DNA of 63,560 nt, filler included, from Anaerolineae bacterium (GCA_029262755.1; 8 parts of 8 records of this genome joined end to end with filler, not necessarily neighbours in it), one strand, 5' to 3'; shown: positions 52,002 through 62,886, numbered from the whole stretch's first letter. The notes: generated by a model not told the origin, from the letters alone. A program made the numbers and translations.

Positions 52002-52514
52002 ATGTCTGTCGATCCTGCGACCTCGACGTCCGAAACCGCCGTGCTCGCCGGAGGTTGCTTCTGGGGCATGCAGCAGTTGCTGCGCGAGATCCCCGGCGTG
52101 CTCGAAACCGAAGTCGGCTACGCCGGCGGCGACAGCACCGATCCGACCTACAAGGACGTAAAGACCGGCCGCACCGGCCACGCCGAGGCCGTGCGCGTCG
52201 TGTTCGATCCCACGATTCTGACCTACGCGGAGCTGTTGGAGAATTGGTTCTTCCGCATGCATGACCCTACGACCGCGAACCGGCAGGGCAACGACGTCGG
52301 CACCCAGTATCGCTCCGTGATCTTCGCAAGCTCTGATGAGCAGCGCGCGACCGCCGGCGAGGTCATTCGCAGGGTCGACGCCGGCGACCGGTGGGCACGT
52401 CCCGTCGTCACGCAGGTCGTGCCCGCGGGTCCCTTTACCTCCGCCGAGGAGCATCACCAGGATTATCTGGTGAAGCATCCGAACGGCTATTCGTGTCATT
52501 TCCTGCGGGACTAA
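52002..52514 (+). CDS. msrA: Peptide-methionine (S)-S-oxide reductase
   Basis: AGGCFWG, GHAEAV, HDPTT.NRQGND.G.QYRS, AEEHHQDY. Confidence 0.96.
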   Translation: MSVDPATSTSETAVLAGGCFWGMQQLLREIPGVLETEVGYAGGDSTDPTYKDVKTGRTGHAEAVRVVFDPTILTYAELLENWFFRMHDPTTANRQGNDVGTQYRSVIFASSDEQRATAGEVIRRVDAGDRWARPVVTQVVPAGPFTSAEEHHQDYLVKHPNGYSCHFLRD

Positions 52515-52534
52515 CCGGCTCGTAGCCCTGCGGG

Positions 52535-52840
52535 TTAGTCACCGCGAGTGGTTGTGCGGCCTTCGGTCGCGAGCTCCGTCGTTGCGCCGGCTCCCGTCGC
52601 TCCGTCGTCTGCGGCACCGTCCGGTGTCGGAGCGATCGGCGCCATCAAGGCGCGAATCGACGCGCGCACGAACAGCAGGATGGCGTGAAAGAAGAACGTG
52701 TACAGCACGATGGCCGGCACGTTCTGCCACCGGAATACATCCAGCAGCGACCCGGCCTCGTGATCCATTCGCCCCAGCGTCAGCGTGAGGCCGAGGCTGA
52801 GGACCAGCAACGGAGCATGAACGCGCCACGATCGGGTCAT
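52535..52840 (-). CDS. Small membrane protein translationally coupled to iorB
   Basis: ATGA overlap at 52837-52840; two hydrophobic segments. Confidence 0.6.
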   Translation of the reverse strand: MTRSWRVHAPLLVLSLGLTLTLGRMDHEAGSLLDVFRWQNVPAIVLYTFFFHAILLFVRASIRALMAPIAPTPDGAADDGATGAGATTELATEGRTTTRGD

Positions 52841-55143
52841 GAACCCGCCTCGTTCAACACACGCGGCATGAACAGCCGCGCGTCGGGCTCGGGCGGCGGC
52901 GGGTCGACCGGCGCATCGGGACCCGCCCAGCCGGCGAGGTCCTCGCGCCGGATCGGCAGGCGGGTGATGCGCTTGCCCGTCGCGGCGAAGATGGCGTTGC
53001 AGATTGCAGGTGAGACCGCCGGATACCCGAGCTCGCCCATCCCGCCTGGGCCGGCCGTGCTGTCGACAATGTGGACCTCGACGTGCGGCATATCGGCCAT
53101 CCGGCCCCACTCGTAGGACCCGAAACTGTCCTGGTCGATCGCGCCCTCGCTGAGCGTGATCTGGGCGCGCAGCGTGGTCGCGACCGCATCGGCCACGCAG
53201 CCTTCCATCTGCGCGCGGATCGAGGACGGATTGACCGCGACGCCGCAATCGACGGCGCAGGTTACGCGGTTGATGCGCACGACGCCGTCGCTGCTAACGG
53301 TAACCTCGGCGGCTTGCGCTACGTACGAGCCGTAGCCCTGGAAGCACGCGATGCCCAGGCCGGTCCCGGCTTCCAGGTCGCGACCCCAGCCGATATCCGC
53401 CGCGGCGCGTTCCACGAGGGGCTTTAGCCGTGCTTGGGAGAGATTCGCCAAACGGAACGCGACCGGATCCATCTGGGCTGCATGCGCGAGCATGTCCAGG
53501 AAAGCCTCGTTGGCGAAGTTGACCTGGCTGTGGTCGACCGAGCGCCAGACGAAGGTGGGGACGGGAATGCGGACCCGCGTGCTCTGGACGCCATAGCCCG
53601 CGATGGCATACGGGCCACCACCACCGGCCTGGTTCGTCCCATCGACGCGCGCTGCCCGTCGTCCGGCGGCCGCGGCGGCATCGTCGCCGCCGCGCGTGGA
53701 GGAGATGGCCATGCGATGGGTGTAGCCCACCACGTTGCCCTCGTCGTCGAGTCCGGCCGCCATCTTGTGATGGCTGGCCGGGCGATAGCTGTCGTGTTGC
53801 AGGTCGTCGTCGCGGGTCCACAGCAGCTGGATCGCGCCGCCGACGGCCTTGACGACCGTGGCCGCTTCCGAGGCGTAGTCGGTGCTCGCCCGGCGTCCGA
53901 AGCCGCCGCCGGCTAGTGTCGGGCGCACCTCGACAGCGTCCTCGTCGATCCCGATGCCCCGCGCTACGCCGCGGCGCACGCCCTGCGGCGACTGCGTGGG
54001 CGCCCAGACGATCGCACGGCCGTCGATCAGCTCCACGGTGCAGTTCATCGGCTCCATCGTGGCGTGTGCGAGGTAGGGCAGATCGAAGGCCGCTTCCACG
54101 CTCGTCGCTGCGCCGTCCGGTGCGGAGGGCGCGCTGACACCGGCCTGGAGATCCGCGGCTATCGTGTCCGAGCCCAGCCCTGCGTTGGCGGAGGTGTCCC
54201 AGCGCGGGGCGAGCGCTTGGCGTCCCTGCAGGGCGGCCCACGTCGTCTCGCCGACGACCGCGACACCGCCGGACACACCCTCGACCAGCTCTAGTACACC
54301 CGGCACCGCGCGCGCCGCGGCCTCGTCGAAGCCCTGCAGCCTCGCTCCGATCGCAGGCGGTCGCGCGACGACCGCGAAGCGAAGGTTGTCGGGTCGCGCA
54401 TCCATTCCGTAGATCGCACGCCCCGTGACCACGTCCGCGTTGTCCACACGGTGGATCGGCTGCCCGATGATGCGAAAGTCCGCGGGCGACTTGAGGGATA
54501 CGCTGCCCGCATTGGGCAACGGGCGACCTGCCGCCGCCTCGGCGAGTTCCGCGTACGAGAGCGAACGGCTGGACGCATCGTGCAGCACGCGGCCCGACTC
54601 CGTCCGGCACGCCGACGCCTCGACGCCCCACCGCGACGCGGCTTCGGCCACGAGGACGGCGCGGCCCGTGGCGCCCGCCTGGCGTAGCGGCGTGTAGTAG
54701 CTGCGCATCGTGCCGCTGCCGCCGATGCTCTGGCGCCCGAACTCCGCGCCGGCAACCGCTTGCTCAACCGTTACGGATTCCCAATCGACGTCGAGTTCCT
54801 CCGCCACGAGCATGACCAGCGATGTACGCACGCCCTGCCCGATGTCGGGCACGGGCGCCGCGATCGTCACGCCGCCGTCCGCGCGTACGCTCACGTACGC
54901 GCCGAGCATTGCGCCTTCCGCGCCCTGCGCGAGCACGTCCTGCGGAGAACCGTCGGGGCGAATCCGTGCCAAGAACGTCGCGCCGCCGCGAACGCCGATG
55001 AACAGTCCCACATGCAATCCGGCAGCGCCGGTGAGCAGCGTTCGGCGGTTGATGCCGGGCGGCGCGGCTTGCGTGTCGGTGGGGTGGGCGCCTGACCCGG
55101 CGTCGATCGCGATGGGACGATTCGAATCTTCGTGCGCGGTCAC
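52837..55143 (-). CDS. iorB: Molybdopterin-binding subunit, isoquinoline 1-oxidoreductase beta-like, Tat-exported
   Basis: INRRTLL twin-Arg; GQG.RT...[35 protein letters not shown]...PA..NAIF.ATG.R...LP. Confidence 0.9.
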   Translation of the reverse strand: MTAHEDSNRPIAIDAGSGAHPTDTQAAPPGINRRTLLTGAAGLHVGLFIGVRGGATFLARIRPDGSPQDVLAQGAEGAMLGAYVSVRADGGVTIAAPVPDIGQGVRTSLVMLVAEELDVDWESVTVEQAVAGAEFGRQSIGGSGTMRSYYTPLRQAGATGRAVLVAEAASRWGVEASACRTESGRVLHDASSRSLSYAELAEAAAGRPLPNAGSVSLKSPADFRIIGQPIHRVDNADVVTGRAIYGMDARPDNLRFAVVARPPAIGARLQGFDEAAARAVPGVLELVEGVSGGVAVVGETTWAALQGRQALAPRWDTSANAGLGSDTIAADLQAGVSAPSAPDGAATSVEAAFDLPYLAHATMEPMNCTVELIDGRAIVWAPTQSPQGVRRGVARGIGIDEDAVEVRPTLAGGGFGRRASTDYASEAATVVKAVGGAIQLLWTRDDDLQHDSYRPASHHKMAAGLDDEGNVVGYTHRMAISSTRGGDDAAAAAGRRAARVDGTNQAGGGGPYAIAGYGVQSTRVRIPVPTFVWRSVDHSQVNFANEAFLDMLAHAAQMDPVAFRLANLSQARLKPLVERAAADIGWGRDLEAGTGLGIACFQGYGSYVAQAAEVTVSSDGVVRINRVTCAVDCGVAVNPSSIRAQMEGCVADAVATTLRAQITLSEGAIDQDSFGSYEWGRMADMPHVEVHIVDSTAGPGGMGELGYPAVSPAICNAIFAATGKRITRLPIRREDLAGWAGPDAPVDPPPPEPDARLFMPRVLNEAGS

Positions 55144-55604
55144 GGGCGCACCTCCGCGGCCGCGGCGAGAATCGCGGCGCGAATCCGCTGGTAGGTGCCG
55201 CAGCGACAGAGGTTGCCGCTCATGGCCTGGTCGATCCGCGCATCATCCACCTCCGCTTCGCTGTCTAGAAGCGCAGCGGCGGTCATGATTTGGCCGGCCT
55301 GGCAATAGCCGCATTGGGGCACGTCGTGTTCCTGCCACGCGCGTTGCAGCGGATGATCTCCATTCGCCGAGAGGCCCTCGATCGTGCGCACCTGCTTGCC
55401 GGCCACGCGCGAAAGCTCCGTAACGCAGCTTGGCTGCGCGCGCCCGTCCACGTGGACCGTGCAGGCGCCGCAGTCACCCGTCCCGCAGCCGAACTTCGTG
55501 CCGGTCAGGCCGAGCAGATCACGCAAGGCCCACAGCAGGGGCATCGCACCGTCCGCGTCGACCTCGCGCGGCTCGTCGTTGACGTGAAACGCAATCGTAG
55601 GCAT
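55140..55604 (-). CDS. iorA: (2Fe-2S)-binding subunit
   Basis: [29 protein letters not shown]. Confidence 0.93.
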   Translation of the reverse strand: MPTIAFHVNDEPREVDADGAMPLLWALRDLLGLTGTKFGCGTGDCGACTVHVDGRAQPSCVTELSRVAGKQVRTIEGLSANGDHPLQRAWQEHDVPQCGYCQAGQIMTAAALLDSEAEVDDARIDQAMSGNLCRCGTYQRIRAAILAAAAEVRP

Positions 55605-55624
55605 GGCGCACCTCTGGGTTCGTC

Positions 55625-55672
55625 GGGCGAGTGGGCGAGCGGGCGAGTGGGCGAGTGGGCGCGTGGTCGAGC
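55625..55672. repeat. Six-copy 8-bp tandem repeat upstream of iorA
   Basis: GGGCGAGT GGGCGAGC GGGCGAGT GGGCGAGT GGGCGCGT GGTCGAGC. Confidence 0.85.
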
Positions 55673-55849
55673 GGACCGTAACGTGGCGTACGTCGAGTTC
55701 AGGTTGGCGCGATCGGCGGATTCGAGCAAGCGAGTCGCGCTGCGAAAATGCGGTTGAGCGGTCGCGAACACCAGCGTATGCAAGGATCCGTCGTGCGGTA
55801 GGCGGGGACGTAGGCCGGGGCGAGGTCGTGACGACGTCGGGGCGAGGTC

Positions 55850-56683
55850 GTGCCTAGGTCGGTACTAGGCCGGGACGCACGGTGCTTTCGCACGGCAACG
55901 CACGTCCATACTACCATCAACATCCTGACTACCGGCGAGATAGCGCGGGAGCACAATATCGTCACCGATTCCGAGGACATTGCACCCGAGGCTGGGGCGG
56001 ACGCGGGTCTACCCGACCGTACGCACGCTCGTGTAGCGGGGATCGTGCTCGCGGCGGGCCGCTCGCGGCGCTTTGGCGCGCCCAAGGCGCTGGTGGACAT
56101 CCGCGGCCGCTCGGCGGTCCGGCGCGTGACGGACGCTGCCGTCGACGCGGGACTGGGGCCGGTCGTGGTTGTAGGGCGCACGGTGGACGGCGACGCGCTT
56201 CGCGAGGCGCTCGCGGGATCGGCCGGCCTCCTGGTTCTGCGGGCGCCCGATCCGACGGCGCGCAGGGGTGCGTCACTCGCCGCGGGCTTGGACGCGCTGA
56301 TCGGCCGAGAGCGAGGGGCGATCGCGAGCCCCACGGTCCCGGCTCGGCTGCCCTTCGATGCCGTGGCGATCCTGCTCGCCGACGCGCCTTTCGTCACGCC
56401 TGCGCTCATCGGCGACATCGTCGAAGCATGGCGCACGCGACGCGGCGAAATCGTCCGGCCGCGCGGCAGCGACGGGCCGGGACATCCGGTCCTCTTCGAT
56501 GCATCCCAGGTCTCCGCCCTTCGCGCAGCCGCGGAGGCCGGCGAAGGCGGACGCGCGGTGCTTGCGGCGGCGACGTCCGGTGTCTTCGAGGTCCTCGTCG
56601 ACGACGATCGTCTCGTCGCGGACTTTGATACGCCGGGCGATCTCAGGCGGCTCCTCGACGCACGGCCACCAGCTGCGCGATGA
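55850..56683 (+). CDS. MocA/MobA-like molybdenum cofactor nucleotidyltransferase; start uncertain
   Basis: [39 protein letters not shown]. Confidence 0.85.
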   Translation: MPRSVLGRDARCFRTATHVHTTINILTTGEIAREHNIVTDSEDIAPEAGADAGLPDRTHARVAGIVLAAGRSRRFGAPKALVDIRGRSAVRRVTDAAVDAGLGPVVVVGRTVDGDALREALAGSAGLLVLRAPDPTARRGASLAAGLDALIGRERGAIASPTVPARLPFDAVAILLADAPFVTPALIGDIVEAWRTRRGEIVRPRGSDGPGHPVLFDASQVSALRAAAEAGEGGRAVLAAATSGVFEVLVDDDRLVADFDTPGDLRRLLDARPPAAR

Positions 56684-57758
56684 TGGCGATCGCAATCTCG
56701 GCGGGCGTACGCGCCCCGATCGCGAGGCCGACCGGCCCTTGTACGCGCTCGATCGCTGCCGTGGTCAACCCGGCGTTCTCGAGCCGACGGCGCCGGGCTG
56801 CGTGGCTCGATGCGCCGCCCAGCGCGCCCACGTAGCGCGCCCCGGCGGCGAGCGCCGCCTGCAACGCGGGATCGTCGATCTTGGGATCGTGCGCGAGCAC
56901 CACCACGTAGGCGCGCCGATCGAGGCCCGCCTCCGCCAGCACGTCGTCGCTGGGCCAGTCGTGCACGTATGGGGTGTCGGGAAAGCGCTCGTCGTCCAAG
57001 AAGGCCGCGCGTGGGTCGACCACGACGACGTCGAATCCCGCGGCACCGGCCATGGGTGCGAGGAGCTGGGCGACGTGGCCGGCGCCGACCAGGATCAAGC
57101 GTTCCCGCCGGCCCTCGAGCGCGATGAAGAAGCGCCGGCCGCCGTGGACGACCACCGCGGGCCGTCCCTGCACGTCGGCGTCGGCCGCCACGTTGGACGC
57201 CCACGCGTCGAGTGTAGGGTGGCCGAGGGACCCGGTGGCCTTGGGCGAGCTCCCGTCGAGCACGAACGTGCACGCGTCGCCGACCGCTGGCGGCAGGATC
57301 TCCGCTGTGGCCGAGTCGGGCCGGCCGCTCGCCCGTTCGTCGTCGATCCGCCCCAGACAAACGACCCGGGCCGCTGCTCTGCCCTCCCACGCGGCGCTTC
57401 GCCACGCGACACGGTCCGCGCGTTCATCGCAGGCCTCGATCCAGACCTCGATCGTGCCGCCGCAGGCCAGACCGACGGCAATCGCGTCCTCGTCGCTCAC
57501 GCCGAAGCGAAGGGTATGCGGCGCGGCGCCGGCGATCACGGCGACGGCGCCGTCCACCACGGCGGCCTCGACGCAGCCGCCGCTCACCGAGCCGGCGAAG
57601 GCGGGGAAGCCGCCCGGCTCGTCGGGCGCCGCTACCGCAAGAACGGAACCGACCGGGCAGGGCGCGGAGCCCCACGTGGCAACGACCGTTGCCGTAGCCG
57701 TGCCGCGGCCCGCGCGCGCCCAACGGTCCAGCGCGTTCGCCACTTCCGCCAAGCTCAC
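56643..57758 (-). CDS. xdhC: XdhC/CoxI molybdoenzyme maturation factor
   Basis: ATVV.TWGSAP, GSVSGGCVE, GLACGG.I, GAGHVA, HDPK.D, YVGALG, PVGL.IG..TP.EIA. Confidence 0.9.
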   Translation of the reverse strand: MSLAEVANALDRWARAGRGTATATVVATWGSAPCPVGSVLAVAAPDEPGGFPAFAGSVSGGCVEAAVVDGAVAVIAGAAPHTLRFGVSDEDAIAVGLACGGTIEVWIEACDERADRVAWRSAAWEGRAAARVVCLGRIDDERASGRPDSATAEILPPAVGDACTFVLDGSSPKATGSLGHPTLDAWASNVAADADVQGRPAVVVHGGRRFFIALEGRRERLILVGAGHVAQLLAPMAGAAGFDVVVVDPRAAFLDDERFPDTPYVHDWPSDDVLAEAGLDRRAYVVVLAHDPKIDDPALQAALAAGARYVGALGGASSHAARRRRLENAGLTTAAIERVQGPVGLAIGARTPAEIAIAIIAQLVAVRRGAA

Positions 57759-57774
57759 GCGGACAACTGCCGGG

Positions 57775-58131
57775 TCATCCCTTGCGCGGCCGGGGAAGCA
57801 TGGGGCCAAGGGAGCGACCGCCAACCAGATGCAGGTGTAGGTGAAACACTTCTTGCCCTCCGTGCTCATTGCAGTTGACGATCAGCCGGTAGCCGCTCTC
57901 CGCGATACCCTCATCGCGCGCGATCTTCGCCGCGACGCGCAGCATGCGGCCCACCACAGCGTCGTGGCGCTCCTCCAGATCGTTGGCCGTGGCCACCGGC
58001 TCGTTGGGCACCACGAGCACGTGCACGGGCGCGGCCGGCTCAATGTCACGGAACGCTGTGATCTCGTCGTCCTGATACACGATGTCGCCCGGCAGCTCGC
58101 CGGTCACGATCCGTTCGAAGAGGGTCGGCAT
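57775..58131 (-). CDS. Histidine triad (HIT) nucleotide-binding protein
   Basis: AFRDI.P.AP.H.L..P, GQEVFHLHLHLVGG. Confidence 0.93.
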   Translation of the reverse strand: MPTLFERIVTGELPGDIVYQDDEITAFRDIEPAAPVHVLVVPNEPVATANDLEERHDAVVGRMLRVAAKIARDEGIAESGYRLIVNCNEHGGQEVFHLHLHLVGGRSLGPMLPRPRKG

Positions 58132-58358
58132 GAACAGCTCCTAGTCCTAGGGAAGGTACGGGCGAGCGCCAGGATAGCGTGGACGGCATTTCTTGGCGGC
58201 CCGGGCTATGGACGCGAACGACGCTTTAGGCACCGGGCGCAGGGCCTTGGGTTCTTCGNNNNNNNNNNNNNNNNNNNNNNNNNNNNNNNNNNNNNNNNNN
58301 NNTTAATTAATTAANNNNNNNNNNNNNNNNNNNNNNNNNNNNNNNNNNNNNNNNNNNN

Positions 58359-59123
58359 GCGCATTGCCAGGCGATCTCCATCGGCCGCCAGCAGATCCTG
58401 GGTGCCGGCGAACACCGGCCGCTGTCCGGTCGGTCGTAGCGCGGCACCCGGCGTTGCGCCGTCAAAGTGGTGCACGATCCACCCACCATCCGCCGCTGAA
58501 TGCTGGATGAGGGCAAAGACCCGATTCCCGCTACTCACCAGACCGCGCGGGGTGCCGCGCAGCGATACGGACGGCAGCGGCACCGGCATGTCCGGACGGC
58601 TCAGATCGTAGACGCGCAGGCCGCCGGGCGCCGCGACCACCGCGGTCCTCCCGCCGCCGACGGTGACCACGCCGCCGCCGTCTTCCCGTGCCACCCACTC
58701 ACCTCGTGGAACGACCTCGCCCGCGGTACGCGGCGAAGAAGGATCACGCAGATCGAGCACCTGGACAGGGCCGTCGCGCAGCGCGACGACGGCCACGGAT
58801 GGACCGACCGCCAACTCGTCGACGATTCCCGGCAGGAGCTCGCTCCGGCCAATCAAGCGTGGCCGGAGGATGTCGTGCGCGTCCCATACGTCCACGTGAA
58901 GGCCAACGCCGACCAACACCAGTCCACCCAGGGACGCTACGGCACGCGTGGTGCCGCCGAACGCGTCGACGAGCTCCAGGCCGCCGTGGCCGGGCTGCCG
59001 AGGCTGGGCATGGGCGATCGACGTGTTCGTGGTCGGGGTCAGGCTCTGGCTCGCCGTCGCCGACACGATCCACAGGGAAGTGAGCATGAGCAAGGCACGG
59101 CAGAAGGGAGGACCCAGGCGCAT
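58359..59123 (-). CDS. Secreted LVIVD-like repeat protein, 3' truncated
   Basis: Signal peptide; VQVLDLRDPSSP, GLRVYDLSRPDMP. Confidence 0.7.
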
Positions 59124-59226
59124 AACGCGTCTCCTGAGGCAAGCACTGGCGCATTCGCTAAGCCAAGACGCGGATCACCCCGGCAGGAAACGCGAGATTC
59201 GGTGCATAGGGCTGCGCGCTACACCT

Positions 59227-60339
59227 CTACTCCTGCGGCAACGCCACCATGCGCGTCGCGCCGTCCGAGCTGCCCGCCGCGATCCACGTGCCGTCCGGCG
59301 CCCATTCCACGGCCGTAGCGCGCAGCACCCCACCGCCCGTGGCGCGCACGTCACCGCCGCCGAGCGCGATCGTAGCCAGGGGCGCGTCGGGAGCATTCGG
59401 ATCCCACACGCGGATCGACCCGTCGCGGTCGGCCACGGCGAGCAGCGCGCCGTCGGGTGACCACGTCAGATCCTCGGCCCACTGTGCGTCGGGGTCGGAG
59501 AACAGCGCGGCTTGCTCGCCGCTGGGCATGGACCACAGCGCGACGTCTCCGTTGCCCGACGACGAGGCCAACAGCAGGCCGTCCGGATGGAAGGCGAGGT
59601 CGGTGAGCACGGTATCGTGGGCGTCGATCGTCGGAGGCTCGGCGGCGGTTGGGGTCTCACCGCTGACGTTCCACAGGTGGATCGCCCCCGAGGTATCCCC
59701 GTCGACGAGCAGGCTACCGTCCGGTGACCACGCCACGGTGCGTAGGGCGTGCTTGGACGTCGTGCTCCAGCGCTTGTCGCGTGTCGCAGAATCCCAAATG
59801 TGGCGGTCGTACTTCTCGAGGTGTCCGCCGCCTACGGACGCCACCCACGCGCCGTCCGGGGAGAAGGCGACATCGTTCGCCCAATCCTGGTGGCCACGGT
59901 ACTCGGAAGCGCGGCCACCGCCCTCGTCGGTGGTGCTCCAGAGCGACACGGAGCGAAAGCCCGCGGTGGCCGCGAGGCTCCCGTCCGGGCTGAACCCCAA
60001 ACCCCGCAAGCCCCCACCGCCACCGGCCCCCTCGCCCGTGTAGGGGTCGATGAGCTGAAAGCCGCCGTTCTCATCCGCTACGCCGAGCAACGCACCGCCC
60101 GGCTGGAACGCGAGCTCGCCGACCCAGCTCACCGCGATCGGGACGGGCGGCCACTCGATCAACGTCGCTGCGTTCGCCGGCGCAATCGGCACCGAAGGCC
60201 TGGCCGGCGCTTCCGGGGCGCCGCAGGCGACGGTGCCGGCTACGAGGCCCAGGGCAAGGACGAGCGGGAGGAGCGATCGATCGAAGCGAGTGCGCAACAC
60301 CTCTCGTCGGGCCACGGGACCATTCTCGATCGGGTTCAT
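59227..60339 (-). CDS. WD40-repeat lipoprotein
   Basis: Lipobox-like TVAC; repeated GH..V[AF]FSPDG..LA.G..DG.I.LW units. Confidence 0.85.
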   Translation of the reverse strand: MNPIENGPVARREVLRTRFDRSLLPLVLALGLVAGTVACGAPEAPARPSVPIAPANAATLIEWPPVPIAVSWVGELAFQPGGALLGVADENGGFQLIDPYTGEGAGGGGGLRGLGFSPDGSLAATAGFRSVSLWSTTDEGGGRASEYRGHQDWANDVAFSPDGAWVASVGGGHLEKYDRHIWDSATRDKRWSTTSKHALRTVAWSPDGSLLVDGDTSGAIHLWNVSGETPTAAEPPTIDAHDTVLTDLAFHPDGLLLASSSGNGDVALWSMPSGEQAALFSDPDAQWAEDLTWSPDGALLAVADRDGSIRVWDPNAPDAPLATIALGGGDVRATGGGVLRATAVEWAPDGTWIAAGSSDGATRMVALPQE

Positions 60340-60440
60340 CGGGCGCGTTCCTCCATGGTTGCGGGCAATAGGATGCACGCAGGTCGACCCCACTCGCTTC
60401 GAGGGCGGTGGTCGGGACGGGCTCCGCACTTCGAGAGAAG

Positions 60441-61145
60441 CTAGCGGTACAAGTCGTCCAATCGGTCCGGATCAAGCAATACGATGCGGTGGCCGGGGTC
60501 GACTCGGATCAGCTTGCGCTTTTGCCACGTACGGATGATGCGGTTCACGCGTTCACGGGATGCGCCGATGATATTGGCGAGATCCTCTTGCGTCAGCCGT
60601 AGCGGGATCGAGATCGAGCCGTCGTCGTTGACGATGCCGATCGTATCTGCGAAGGCGAGGAGCTGGCGCGCGAGCCGTTTGGCGACGTCGTAGCGCATCA
60701 GCTGGATGCGCGCGTTCGCGAACCGTAGGCGGCCGCTCATCATGGCCAGAAGGTTCCATGCCAGGCGAGGAATCTCGCGCAGACAGTCGTTGAAGTGGCC
60801 ACGCTCCATCTCGAGCAGACGGCAATCCTCGAGGGTCTTGACCGTTGCCGAACGCGTCGAGCGCTCCACGACGCCCATCTCGCCGACCAAATCGCCCGTG
60901 GTGAGGTAGGCGAGGATCACGGTGCTTCCGTCTTCCTGCTCCACCTGAACGCGAACGGTGCCCTCTACGATGAGATAGGCCTCGTTGCCGCGCTGCTCCA
61001 AGCTGATCAGGTTCGTATTGTCCGGCACGCGGCGCATGCGCACCGGCGTTGCCACACGCTCCAACTCCGCCTCGCTCAAACCCGCGAACAAGGCCATGGG
61101 GCGCATGAGGTCGCGCGGATCGTCCGCGGTTCCAGCTCGATTCAT
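60441..61145 (-). CDS. Crp/Fnr-family transcriptional regulator
   Basis: AGGAGG RBS; GDLVGEM, RSATV, HTH LTQEDLANIIGASRERVNR. Confidence 0.93.
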   Translation of the reverse strand: MNRAGTADDPRDLMRPMALFAGLSEAELERVATPVRMRRVPDNTNLISLEQRGNEAYLIVEGTVRVQVEQEDGSTVILAYLTTGDLVGEMGVVERSTRSATVKTLEDCRLLEMERGHFNDCLREIPRLAWNLLAMMSGRLRFANARIQLMRYDVAKRLARQLLAFADTIGIVNDDGSISIPLRLTQEDLANIIGASRERVNRIIRTWQKRKLIRVDPGHRIVLLDPDRLDDLYR

Positions 61146-61528
61146 CGTCCCCCTCCTGTCCACCGCAACCTACCGGGCAGGCGGGAAGGCACCCGGGGCC
61201 TCGGGTGCTACGCGTGTGGACGGCGCGCATGATGCCCGCGGCTACGCGAGCGTGCAATGCGTGGGTGAAACGTCATGCACAGAGCGACGGCCACACCCGT
61301 TGGATGCGGCCGCCACCCCGTGTGGAGCTCGGGCTCCCGGTGGCACGGGGCGCTCCCCGTCAAACCGGCCCGCTGCTCTCGTTTCAACTTCGACCACGGG
61401 ATCGAAGTGTGCTCAGGCTAGCACGCACAAGGCGGCGGACGCCGTCACGCCCGCCACCTTTTGAATGTGCTGTCTGTCACCATCCCTCGGAACTACGTCG
61501 CAGGCTAACCACGTCGGGGAGCCCGCGC

Positions 61529-62572
61529 CTAGGCGGACGGACCCGCCTTCTCCTCGGACACCTGGCGCGGAGCACCCGTCTCGTCCAAGTCGACAACATA
61601 GTCGATCCACGCCGGCTGACGCTGAAAGCCCAGCGCGTCGTTGATTGCGAGCATGCCTTCGTTGCCGGTGGCGTTCCAAGTCTTGACCAGGCGGAAACCC
61701 TCCTCCTTGGCCCATCGCAGAGAGCGCAACTTCATGGCCGTCGCCACACCCTTGCGCCGAAACTCGCGCCGCACACCGGTCAGGCCTGTGTGCAATTCTT
61801 CGGGCGCCGCCTGTTGCCGCCAGAGGTTGCTGACGCCGACGTAGGTGCCGGCGGCTTCATCCACCGCGATCGCGAACGCCTCTGCGATCATGTTGGGGTT
61901 GTCGCGAACTCGCTTGATCCACGTGTCGCGGTCCGCCGGCGTGTGCGACTCCGTGCTTGGCACGTCGGCGCTGCACGCCTCACAACATGCGTAGAGCTTG
62001 TCCTCCCACTGCGGATCGGATTGGAGCTCGCTCAGGGTCGCGATGCGCACGCCGCCCGCCTCGACCGCGGAGATCCGGCCTTGCCAGGCCGCAGGATCGT
62101 AGTCGGCGAGCTGCAGGTGGTTCTCCCACTCGCGCATGCCTTCGCGGAAGCCACGGCGCTCCAGAAAGCCGCGGCTGATCGGAAAGTCTTCGCGTGCGCC
62201 GGCGAGCAAGCGCTCCGGTTGGAACGCCGCTGCCTTTGCGCGAAGATCGTCGTAGAGCGTGGCGCCGATACCTTCGTTGCGATGATCGGGGTCAACGTTG
62301 ATATCAAGCCAGAGTCGATGCGGGTTGTAGGACCACGACAGGTGGTTGAGCGTGCCGAAGGCGACAACACGTCCCGTGTCGTCTTCCGCGATCCTGCGCT
62401 CGTGGTGCAGCTTGGGGTCGCGTCGAGCGTCGTTGAAGCGCCACTCGTCGACCGTCTCGGGATATTCGGGGAAACAGCGGTTGGCGATCTCGACGATTGC
62501 ATCGTAATCGCGCTCGTCGAATGCCCGCACGTGATGCGTGCGTGGATGCTTGGGCAATGCTACTGCAGACAT
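61529..62572 (-). CDS. Tandem GNAT N-acetyltransferase (347 aa)
   Basis: V.PDHRNEGIG..L and TGV...FRRKGVA..MK, N...N..ML.IN..LGF; GGGAG RBS before ATG 62572. Confidence 0.9.
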   Translation of the reverse strand: MSAVALPKHPRTHHVRAFDERDYDAIVEIANRCFPEYPETVDEWRFNDARRDPKLHHERRIAEDDTGRVVAFGTLNHLSWSYNPHRLWLDINVDPDHRNEGIGATLYDDLRAKAAAFQPERLLAGAREDFPISRGFLERRGFREGMREWENHLQLADYDPAAWQGRISAVEAGGVRIATLSELQSDPQWEDKLYACCEACSADVPSTESHTPADRDTWIKRVRDNPNMIAEAFAIAVDEAAGTYVGVSNLWRQQAAPEELHTGLTGVRREFRRKGVATAMKLRSLRWAKEEGFRLVKTWNATGNEGMLAINDALGFQRQPAWIDYVVDLDETGAPRQVSEEKAGPSA

Positions 62573-62697
62573 GGTTGCGGCTCCCTGCAAAATGGGCCGA
62601 CGGATCGTTCCAAACGGCCAAGACTCAGATGGCACCCTCGGGCGATAGTCCCGAGAGCAAGGGCGGACCACACCGGTCCGTGCCCAAAACTTCGCCT

Positions 62698-62739
62698 CAA
62701 ACAACAAGAAACGCGCCGGGGCGTACTGCCCACGGCGCG
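62698..62739 (-). terminator. Second intrinsic terminator in the GNAT leader
   Basis: Minus strand CGCGCCG(T)GGGC-AGTAC-GCCCCGGCGCG then TTTCTTGTTGTTT. Confidence 0.65.
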
Positions 62740-62783
62740 AGGTCGGATGCGTGACCGTCGCTCGACGACCGATGGCCGTCGAC

Positions 62784-62813
62784 AACAAAAAACCGCGGGC
62801 AGCGCGCCCGCGG
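62784..62813 (-). terminator. First intrinsic terminator (attenuator) in the GNAT leader
   Basis: Minus strand CCGCGGGC-GCGCT-GCCCGCGG then TTTTTTGTT. Confidence 0.8.
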
Positions 62814-62853
62814 AGAGACTGGTCGGGGTCATGGTGACCAGAGCCCAGGCGCG

Positions 62854-62886
62854 CTAGTTCGAGGTACTCCTGATTACATTCACCAT
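62854..62886 (-). CDS. Putative leader peptide MVNVIRSTSN
   Basis: GAGGAGG SD 6 nt before ATG 62886; TAG at 62856-62854. Confidence 0.6.
   Translation of the reverse strand: MVNVIRSTSN

Noticed and set aside
55680..55850. Search for a Moco riboswitch near molybdoenzyme genes, and for tRNA/rRNA genes window-wide
   Set aside because: No recognisable motif by eye; an Infernal/Rfam and tRNAscan run would be needed to exclude them.
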